The notes under the pieces are model-generated. The model saw nothing but the letters and a program-made list of their open reading frames with translations, did no database searches and was not told where the DNA came from. Shown piece by piece: positions 54,150 through 64,000 of a stretch of DNA of 64,000 nt (positions are counted from its first letter, which is position 1; the number at the start of each line of letters is the position of its first letter). Source of the DNA: Octopus sinensis (Eukaryota). Both the position numbers and the translations under genes were made by a program. The stretch spans positions 5,022,001 to 5,086,000 of the forward strand of contig NC_043003.1 in assembly GCF_006345805.1 (NCBI RefSeq). The letters run 5' to 3'.

Positions 54150-54448
54150 TGTGGGTAGTAAAGAAATAGGTATTTCTTCTGTCGCTACGTTCTGAGTTCA
54201 AATTCTGCAGAGGTCGACTTTGCCTTTCATCCTTTTGGGGTCGATAAATTAAGTACCAGTTACGCACTGGTGTCGATGTAATCGACTTAATCCCTTTGTC
54301 TCTCCTTCTTTGTCCCCTCGGTGTTTACCCATTGTGGGTAGTAAAGAAATAAGTATTTCGTCGACTTTGCCTTTTTTCCTTTCGGGGTCGATCTAATCGA
54401 CCGGCCCCTACCCCAAAATTTCGAGACTTGTGCCTAGATTAGAAAAGA
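54150..54448 (+). mobile_element. Permuted/concatemeric SINE family A copy
   Basis: Begins with the tail gtgggtagtaaagaaata, then a ggtattt unit, then a partial unit with the alternative tail. Confidence 0.85.
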
Positions 54449-54892
54449 ATGTGTGCTTGTCTGTGTGTGTAGTAGGGATGTTAGTAGTATTCACGTCTGT
54501 GGAGCCAGGAGGATAAATGGTTTAAATATGAACTCAATACAGGTACCTTTTACAGCACCTACTGAACGAGGCATAGCTCATTCATAAGGCTAATTGCATA
54601 CACACATACATAGAGAGAGGATGGGGATTGTGAGAGGGAAATGAATTGATGCAAATATAAGGTCCTCGTCGAAAATAGAGCACTATAAAATCGAACTGAA
54701 ATCTGTGTGAGCCTATCTCATTACTTTTGTTGGTATAGTATGATTCGTAGCATATATGCCAGTCATTCGAAGCGGGTTCAAGTGGTAGTCTTGCTGGGGT
54801 GTTGAACAAATGTCTTCTGGGTGTCAACCTAACTGCAGCCGGCATCGCTTTCTAGTTCTTCCAAGTCGATTAAATAAAATAGAAATCGAATA

Positions 54893-55127
54893 TCTCTTTC
54901 TTTACTACCCACAAGGGGCTAAACACAGAGAGGAAAAACAACGACAGACAAAGGAATTAAGTCGATTATATCGACCCCAGTACGTAACTGGTACTTATTC
55001 AATCGACCCTGAAAGGATGAAAGGCAAAGTCGACCTCGGCAGAATTTGAACTCAGAACGTAGCGGCAGACGAAATACCACTCAGCATTTCGCCCGGCGTG
55101 CTAACGATTCTGGCCTCTCGCCGCCTT
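54893..55127 (-). mobile_element. SINE family A, full length
   Basis: tttctttactacccacaagg...ctcgccgcctt; aaatcgaa on both flanks. Confidence 0.9.
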
Positions 55128-56424
55128 CGGCGAAATCGAAAATCGTTGTTCTACTTAACATACTACACCCACCCTCACAATTTCGATGCCCTCTGCTGCT
55201 CATAGAAAGCATCTTTGTATTTGTTTTGACCAGGTGGAACAGCGTTCAAGCCCAAGGCTCCGCATAACACCGTTACAAAACAATATTATTTGATTCTTTA
55301 AACAAGACACCTCACTAGAACTTTCGAAAAAAAACAACGACATTTCTTTGTGTAATTCTTTCTTTCTCTTTCCTCACATTCAAACAACCTAATCAATTAC
55401 TTTGTTGTTTGTTTCCGATTCTCAACGTCCAATTCTCTTCGTTATTCTTTATTTCATACTTTCCATTTTTTTGTGCTGTTGTTGTTGTTGTTGTTTCTTC
55501 TTCCTCTCCTGAAATTCCAATTCAAGTTTTTGCTATTATCGACAAAAACAATATTTCTTTAACGGCCGCAATAAATATTACAAGATTATTTCACTCAACA
55601 TGATGTTTCTTCTTTGTAAAATAAAGGAGGTGATATCTGCTGTTCTCTTTTTTGCTTTTCTTTAGTGTTTGTTGTTTGTTTTCTTTCGTTGCCACAGGTT
55701 GGTTCGAATAACAGATTGTGACAACTGAGAAATAATTGATAATTACTGACTTATTGTAAATTGTTTTTAGACTTCACAGGAGATGAATTATCTCGCAGTT
55801 ATCTAACCGCAGTTTACTGCCAGATCAGTCTCTCCCCCAGCTTTCTCGCGCTCGCAGCTCCTCTTCTACGTGTCTATGGCTCTCCGTCGCTCTTCCTCCC
55901 CGTCGCTCTGCCTCTTTCTCTTCCTGTCTGTAAGTCCCTCTCTTTCTCCCTGCATTCTAGGCACCTTGTGTTGTTATACGTGTTTGTCTCTATGTATGTG
56001 TGTGTGTGCGGGTGTATATGGATGCGTGTGTGTTGGTGTTTATCGCTTTTCAGCAGCATGCCCCACCACACACACATATACCCTACCCTTCTTTCCATAG
56101 AAAACTAGGAAACGTACGGGTGTTTCTGGTGTGTGTGTGTGTGTGTGTGTGGGTGTGTGTGCGTGCACGTGCTCACCCGTATTCCTCTTCCGTCACTCCT
56201 CATCTTTTTCACATTATCTTTTCCCCAAGTCTCTTCCTTTCTCTTTCTGCATAGCCAATGTATAAAAGATGGTATGGTCACGATGGAACGCTTTTTATCA
56301 CACTTTTACCCGAACGAAGCAATTTGATGGTCTATCGATTCTTCCAATCTAATTATTCATATTCCAATCAATCACACTCATTATGGATATGAATGAACTA
56401 AATCCTATGAGACACAATAATAAT

Positions 56425-56808
56425 AACAAGAGCACCGAGAGAGCGCAAACCTCCGCCAAGGCAAAATCATTGTCTTCTCAACGATTAGCCTGAGATAATT
56501 TTTAAAATGAGAATATCTGAAATGAACTCGACTGCCCTCACAAATGAGAATATTAAAAATAAACCGACCGCTCTCACAAATTAAGTACAAAAAAATAAAA
56601 CAAAAAAAGAAATCAGAAAAAATAATCTGGAATCTTTGTCCGGAATCTGATCGACCCCAAAATTTAGTCAGTTCCTGCAAGTCACAAGACTAAACAACCC
56701 TGAAAGTTTCATCCGAATTCATTCAGCGGTTCTTGAGATATTTTGTCCACGGACAAACAAACAAACACGACTGAAAACAATACCTTTGCCTTCGCTAAGG
56801 CAGAGGTA
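56425..56808 (-). mobile_element. Second Helentron-type (HINE-like) element, same family as 28917-29244
   Basis: aacaagagcaccgagagagcgcaaacctccgcc...gccttcgctaaggcagaggta is the reverse complement of the first copy's ends. Confidence 0.75.
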
Positions 56809-56999
56809 TGAAGCCTTTCCAAAAGGGCAGAAGGCCTGAAAATATGGAGGCGGACCAATGGTTTATTACAGCGACCCAGAGCGCTCCACACGCGCTTAGT
56901 TTCTGTAACCCAAAATTAAATGTAAAGTCGGCGCTGATAGAATTTGAATTCAGAACGTCGTACAAGACCAGCTGTCTTAGGAGCAAGGGTTAAGTCAAT

Positions 57000-57165
57000 C
57001 ATTCTGATGACAGTACCAGGTTAGTAAGTATTTTCTCGACCGTGAAGAATGAAATGTAAAGTTAACATTAGCTTAATTTGAACTCAGAAAATAGAATGCC
57101 GGAAGAAAGGCCGCTAAGCATTTTGTCCGGCGCATTAGCGATTCCTCCAGCTCACCGCCTTTACC
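57000..57165 (-). mobile_element. SINE family A, old copy
   Basis: tttgaactcagaa...ccagctcaccgcctt. Confidence 0.6.
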
Positions 57166-57637
57166 ACGACTGTAATTTAAAATCTGGTTAACTGAAATTA
57201 TTGTTATTTATTGTTTTATTATCGATTATGTTCGGATAAACATCGTTAAGTTTGATGATGTTTTACGCTCAAATACCACTGAGATTTATTTTATTTCTTA
57301 ATGTTGTGGGGTCGAAGGAATACATTACAATATTATGCACATGTACACAATATATCGCCTTGGCCCATTCCAGTAAAGGATTACATCGATCCTGCGTCTC
57401 AAAGATATTAGTCAATAATATCCTTCATCTTCTACCGTTTACTTCACTTAGTCATTTGTCTGCGGCCATGCTGGGGCACTCCTGTGCAGAATTTTTCATT
57501 AAACGACCCAATCCCTATATTTATTTGTTTCAAGCCCCGACTCTTGGTCGAGCTGCTGAGTTAAGGTCTGGGGTACAAAAACAGATAGAAAGTCACAGAA
57601 ACACTCACACACACACACACAGGCGCGCGCGCGCGCG

Positions 57638-57681
<44 letters not shown>

Positions 57682-57686
<5 letters not shown>

Positions 57687-57848
57687 TGCCCACAAGGGGC
57701 TAAACAACACAAAGTGATTAAGTCGATTACATCGAACCCAGTGCGTAACCGGTACTTTATTTATCGACCCCGAAAGGATGAAAAGCAAAGTCGACCTCGG
57801 CGGAATTTGAACTCAGAACGTAACGGCAGACGAAATACGGCTACGCAT
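57682..57848 (-). mobile_element. SINE family A, truncated, between (TA)n runs
   Basis: cccacaaggggctaaaca...aaagtcgacctcggcggaatttgaactcagaacg. Confidence 0.85.
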
Positions 57849-57858
57849 TCTATCTATC

Positions 57859-57968
<110 letters not shown>

Positions 57969-58001
57969 TGATAGCGAGATAGATAGATAGATATAGATAT
58001 C

Positions 58002-58157
58002 TGACGGGTTTTTTTTCAGTTTCCGTCAACCAAATACACCGACAAGGCTTTGGTCTGCCCTAGGGTATGGTAGAAGAGAATTGCCCAAAGTGTCAAGCAG
58101 TAGGACTGAACTCGGAACCACGTGGTTGGAAAACAAGCTTTTACCACGCCTGTGCCT
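58002..58157 (-). mobile_element. SINE family B, 5' part
   Basis: ttcagtttccgtc...ttgcccaaagtg...ggaaccacgtggttgg. Confidence 0.7.
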
Positions 58158-59878
58158 ATAGTGACAATTTGTATGTTTTGTATAATTAAAAGTGGAAACG
58201 TGAGCCAACGAGAGAGCTTGTGCGTGTTTGCTCGGCCCGAAATAGCAACTTTATGAGACTCAAATCATAAACTATTGTTTAAAAAAGTGGAAGAACACTT
58301 TAGATAAAATAATCTCCAATACATCATACTTGATAAAATGTCAGACAGGATGGCCATAGATGGGATGTCTTTCAACATAGTCCTAGATCAGGCCCGACCA
58401 AATTCTAAACGATAACAACAGTAGCAAAAACAACAAAAATACAGCAGCAACCACAACAATTAATATGCAGAACACGACTAAAATCAGTCGAAATTCTATT
58501 TCGGTTTCGAGTTTGGATTGAAAGCCTCTCATTTTACTTTCTCTTTGCAAATGTCTGTACGTTTCACGCCAACAAAAGGACATCTCGATGGGCACTGAAC
58601 ATGCCAAAAACAGCAGTTAAGTCTTAGCTTCTTGAAAGAGTAGGGATACCCCTTCACCTAATCCAAGATGTACTTTAAGAAAATAGATGGTCGTAACTGG
58701 AAAGATTTGAACAGCAGTATGATAGATCATAGCTGACTTCTGACAGATCATAGCAAATTATGACAAATTATAATTGACCTGGGGCCAAACAATAATTACA
58801 ATAATAAACTTCTCATTTTTCCTATCAAAGACGTAGGGTCGAGTGCCTGGTTAACGAATATGTACATAATTAGCAGGAACGTACAAGAAACTTGTAAGGA
58901 CTGTGGGATAATTTTTATGTTCCTAGCAAATGAAATAATTGATCCTGTTTCGATCTCGAGTGTAGTAATTTGGTTTTCCCTTCTGTACTAAATGCTCTTC
59001 AGACAATCTCATTTAGTCTGGATAATTAATGAAACAAAAATTACTGTACGGAACTGAAACAATGGAAAATGGTCCTGTGATGTCTTCGAATGAGACAGAA
59101 AGATATGGAAGATAGGAAACAGGGAGATCGATGACATAAAACGGAAATATATTACGTAAACTTTTAATTAATTTTTTCGTAAGTAGATTAAAAGCTAATT
59201 ATCAAACAGTTATAATGACTGGCCGAGTCGATTAGGAAAACAGAAATGCAGCAATCAGACTAAGTGGCCATGGCTGTGGTGTGGAAAGATGTCAGAAGAG
59301 TTAAAGTAACTTAATAATGAGAATATATATTTAATTATTCTACAATATTACAACAAATAAAGTTAATTGAATGAAGTTCCGTAGTTTGAAGAATCAATCA
59401 ATGCTTGATTAGCGTAATTATCAGCATTCTTAGGCGATCTGCTATCCATCGCGATAGAAAGTCTTCGGAAAAAAGTTATTACCAAAATAAAAATTTAAAG
59501 AAAAGTATAAAGAAAGTGGTTCATTCCAGCTCTTCTTTGCAACGTATGATGGGAAAACATGATCCTCGCTTTCTGATTAAAATATTTAAATTTGTACACA
59601 AGAATCCCCGCAGGGGAAAATTTGAAATTCAGAAACATTTCTCCTTAATTATATTGAAGAAATCAGCAACATCCTGTGCGAAGTTTATCAACCACAGATC
59701 TTGCCATGTTACTACTATGAAGTCCACAGCGAGTGTTACACTGAATGTATACAATATTATATACACTAGGTGTATATAACGATGTATTCACCTTAAAATA
59801 CAGAAGAAGCCTAAGAGTAAGCAGAGAAACCAAGGTTCAATGCATTTCGACTGCCAATAATCTCCATACTCAATCATC

Positions 59879-59922
59879 ATTATCTTCAATTATTGATGAA
59901 TTCATCAATAATTGAAGATAAT
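59879..59922. repeat. 44-bp perfect palindrome
   Basis: attatcttcaattattgatgaa|ttcatcaataattgaagataat, no spacer. Confidence 0.95.
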
Positions 59923-60089
59923 AGGTAAAAAAGTTGTTCTTGCTTTTAAACTCTCAGCTCAGTGCCGAGTAAATGGATCAAGGATCAAATCTCTTGAATC
60001 GGCGTCGTTTCCTTTGAGATATATTGAACTTTCACAGAACTACCTTAAATATTGGTTAACTAATATCTAAACTAAAATTAACTCCCTTA

Positions 60090-60280
60090 AATTTTGGCAC
60101 AAAGTCAGAGATTTCGGGGGAAGGGGTGAAGGCAATCACATCGACTTCAGTATTCAACAAGTACTTATTTTATCGACCCCACAAAGATGAAATATAAAGT
60201 AAACCTCGTTGGAAATTGAACTCAGAACGTCAATTGAACTCAGAAATGCTGCTAACGACTGCTTCAATTGGGCTCCTTAA
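60090..60280 (-). mobile_element. SINE family A, old copy
   Basis: gtacttattttatcgacccc...ttgaactcagaacgt. Confidence 0.65.
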
Positions 60281-60887
60281 ATACCCTAAATAATAACAAT
60301 ATTAAGGCCTTTTTTAGGAGAAGGCGGAATTAACTTTTATAAAGCTTTCTCTGCTATTCTTAAAAGCTGAACTTACCACATAGGAAGTGATAAAGTTTGG
60401 CTAAGGAATAATCTTACGATCATTTCGGAAACTGGTCAGTTGTATACTAATGTATATCCTTCCACCATAAACACTCAGTTCTGAATTGTAGGCCTACTGA
60501 ACACTCATCGTTGCACAGTGATGTTACCACTGTTCTTTTCTGCGGGGAATTACTCCGAGTGAGACACCAAAGCAGCCTCTAGAGTCGGGCTGCTAGAAAT
60601 ATCAGTTCTCTCTTATAATTTATCCTCCCACCTTAGAAAGCAATGAGCGATACATTTAAACCTAACAAAGAACTGTGTGAGGGATTATCTAATATGTTTG
60701 GTAAAATGAAAGTGTGGTGGCCAAGTATTGAGAGAATTAAAGGTGAATTTATCTGTCTAGTTAAGAGTTGAGCTCAGAGAGCTGGAATGAATAACGCAAG
60801 TCGTTCTAGTCGCCATCCTAACGACCCTCACAATTCGACGCCATGTTGTGTTGGGTATATCTCTGAATAAAATATGGTCGGATAATA

Positions 60888-61312
60888 TTGGTTTCTAATT
60901 TTGGCACAGGCTGAAATTTTGGGGAAAGAGGCGTGGATAAGTCGATAACTGCTACTTACTTTCTCGATCGCTAAAGAACGAAAGGCAAAGTCGGCATAGG
61001 TGGCTTTTGAACACAGAACGGAAGAAATGCTGCTACGAATTTTTCCCGGTGCGGTAACGATTCTGCTAGCTCACCGCCTTAATAAGGCCGGATAATATTC
61101 TTTTCCACTATAGGCACAAGGCCTGAAGTACTGGAGGATAAGGATAGACGATCACATCAACCCAGGTTTCGACTGGTACATGTTTTATCGATTCCAAAAC
61201 GGTGAAAGGCAAAGTCAGCTCCGTCGGAATTTGAACTCAAGAATGTAAAGTCGGACGAATTGTCGCTAAACAATTTAACCGGCGTACTAACGATTCTGCA
61301 AGCTCACCACCT
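60888..61312 (-). mobile_element. Two adjacent SINE family A copies (alternative tail)
   Basis: aaaggcaaagtc...aacgattctgc...gctcacc occurs twice; cggataatatt precedes each. Confidence 0.75.
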
Positions 61313-62814
61313 GCTGATATTGGAACATCTTTAGTCATAAGTGAATTCTGTAGGGCTGATCTGGTTTTAAGCAGTAACAATGACAAGTTTCGATAACGAC
61401 AACATACATGTGACCTCCCGCAATTAGGAGTGAAAATGGTTACTTTGGGCAAGGGCAGCAATAGTTACCAATGGTATGAACCATCCACACTTCAGTCTGC
61501 TGTCTGGTATACTATTACTTCGTCCTACCTTACATGCTTTAGTAAATGAGGTTTATACATTGTGAAATACATTATACTTAACACAGGTATATTAGCCTCA
61601 GTAGCTTTAATAGAATGACTGAGAATGGTTATATTTGACTCAAAACATCATTATCGCACATGTCAAATGATATTCTCCGCTAATTAATTTATTCAAATAC
61701 AAAATGATTAAAATATAATTAAACACGGGAAGTAGTAAGACTAATAGCGATGTTGCGTGTGGAATATTGTTTTTTTTTTTTTCACCTGAAATCCCATTTG
61801 ATCGAATTCAGGATACAGAAAATTGTGGGTAGGGGCTCGTAATAACATAAATGCTCAAAAATTACACAATACAATTATATATTAATTAATGCAAATGAAG
61901 AAAGATAGTACATACATACGCGCACACACACACACACATACATATATATATATATGTAGGCATATACCTATATATGTAAGTATATATATATATATATGTA
62001 ATGTTGGCAAATGAAATAGGGATAAGAATGTGCATTGTCCGTTTAACTGGAAAATTCTATATGTGGCTGAAGATTGCTCGACATTTTAAAACTGATGTAA
62101 TACTTACTGTGTTTAATAAAATGAAGTAGCATGAAATAATTGTACTACTCTACCTTGGATATACTTGTTGCTTATTTTGATTATAATCAGCCCATTTGAT
62201 TTATATGGATAATACCATACCAAATTCTGGTGTCTTTAACTTAAGTACCATTTTTATCTGAATCTAAATGTTGCTGAACTGATATATATATATGCACATA
62301 TTATATACATGCATGGTATCTCTCCCAATTTCTCTCATCTCCCTTCCTCTATCTTCCACTGTCTCCTAATTCTCTCTCTATATATATGGGGGTGTTTATA
62401 TATATTTATACACACACACACACACACACATATATCTACATACATACATACATGTGTGTGAGTGCATACCTGTGTGTATGTGCGCGCGTGCATTGTGTGT
62501 GTGAGTGTGTTGTTGTTTAGTTTGTTTAGCGCAGATTAATATGTTAATATGCTGATAAGTGTATTGTTGTAATGTGGTTGATTTGTGAGGAAAATTCTTG
62601 GAAATTCAAATGGTTCCAGAGATGATTCTCTGACTCTTGTCTTTGTAAAAAGTTTATTGTTACAGAACACAATTCCATGATATTTCTTCTACCTCCTTCT
62701 CTTTATAAATTCTGTAGACTCTTTGAACCATCAGCTGTTTGGTGTCCCACTTATCCGGCTATCGTTTTACTTTGTTCAAAAATCATTTCATATTATTTGC
62801 ATATATCTTTTTTA

Positions 62815-63975
62815 TTATGAGGCCTAGCTGAAAATTTTCTACTCTAAGATACTATGATTGAATGTAATCAAAGGAAGCTGATTTTTTAGCAGATTCCTCC
62901 TTGTCATCGACACATTTCTTCCAGCAGTGTTACGGTGCTTCGATGCATTGGTGCACAAGCGTTGATCTTGTCAGTCAGAAGAGCCATCAACAGCAGATAT
63001 GATGTTATCCTCACTGCGATACTGGTTCATAGAAAACTGTTTTTACATGCTGGGAAACGGATGATTCTCGGATGGGACCAAATCAGAAGAATAAGGGCGA
63101 TGATCAACTAGTTCATGATGAAAACAGTGCCTTTCATCAGTTTTCCTGGGTAATTGGTCTTGATAGCCTTTTGTAACTACCTCAGCAAGTTGGCTTAGTA
63201 CTCTCCATTCACAGTGTGACCCTTTTGAAGATAGTCAAGAAACGCAATGACTTTTGCGTAACCAAAGGTCTGAGGCTGTCACTTTCCCAACAGATGAAAC
63301 GACCTTGACCTTCTTTGGACCAGGTGAAGAGGAATATTTCTACTGCAGAATTATCTCATTGTTTGTGGTTCAAAGTAATGAACCAACACTTATCCTGGGT
63401 TAGAAAAATTTTAAGAAACCCAGCTGGATCTGCCTCAAAAGATGTCGGATTTTTTTTTCTTTGATGTGATAAGCCTGGTGTCAGAAGACATGGAACCCAC
63501 CGAAAAAAAACCCGTCATGTCAAATTCAACGTGCAGAATATTCTCAACTATCCCACGGGTTATGCTAATAACTTTGGCTATTTGATTTATAACCGGTCAC
63601 CTTTCATCCATCACTATGTGGTGAACATATTCAATACGGTGGCAGTTACAGGACAGCCAGACCTTGAGTCATCTTCAAACTCTCCCGTCCCCTCCTAAAA
63701 CCAGCTACCCACTTTTACACTGTTGATAAAGCGGGGTATCATCCCCTAATGTAGCCACCATGTGAGCATGAATGTCTTTGGAGGCAAAAGTTTTTTCTGC
63801 AACGACTTGATAACTCCACAATACCAAATTTTGCCGATTCTCAAGAAAAGTCGCTACGAGTTACATTTGATGTCTTTTAACAGTTCGATAGGCCGCTGCA
63901 ATTTCAAATGCTGATCACTCATATTAATGCAAACATGCACGTATAGTTTCTGGCATACTGGAAGTATTACTACAC
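62815..63975 (-). mobile_element. Decayed mariner (Tc1/mariner) transposon; transposase pseudogene ~62885-63838
   Basis: Minus translation: DIHAHMVATLGDD, KWVAGFRRGRES..EDDSRSGCPVTA, RWVPCLLT (WVPHEL motif), LTQDKCW, HRPYSSDLVPSE (YSPDL motif); many frameshifts; TIRs only vaguely recognisable. Confidence 0.9.
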
Positions 63976-64000
63976 GGGGAGCGTGGCGAAACAGGGGTAA

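Noticed and set aside
55150-55950. Possible promoter/5' UTR of the minus-strand gene
   Set aside because: Only compositional hints (CpG-richer patch, TCAGTT); no supportable ORF or core promoter

Overview
AT-rich eukaryotic non-coding DNA saturated with (TA)n/(CA)n/(GA)n/(TACA)n microsatellites. The interspersed repeat families match those I recognise from octopus (coleoid cephalopod) genomes; this assignment is by recognition, not by search. Almost all tracked ORFs are microsatellite artefacts. Supported content: one convincing internal exon of an uncharacterised Cys/Trp-rich host gene on the minus strand (15734-16046), so most of the window is probably intron; a young near-complete CR1-type LINE ORF2 (31061-34097); a 5'-truncated RTE LINE; an R4/Dong-like relic; an internally deleted CR1-like LINE carrying a nested RTE tail; a decayed mariner; two Helentron-type non-autonomous elements; a hAT MITE; and about 25 tRNA-derived SINE copies from several families. 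The least obvious signal is a set of at least four type I hammerhead-ribozyme motifs in unrelated sequence contexts (12656-12697, 36976-37086, 42956-43031, 49123-49202). One has an intact core, and one lies downstream of a tRNA-like Pol III head. Other notable structures are SINE concatemers with a fixed ~184-bp junction, a 55-bp target-site-like duplication, (TA)n-bounded tandem duplications and a 44-bp perfect palindrome. Coordinates were counted by hand and element edges are approximate.
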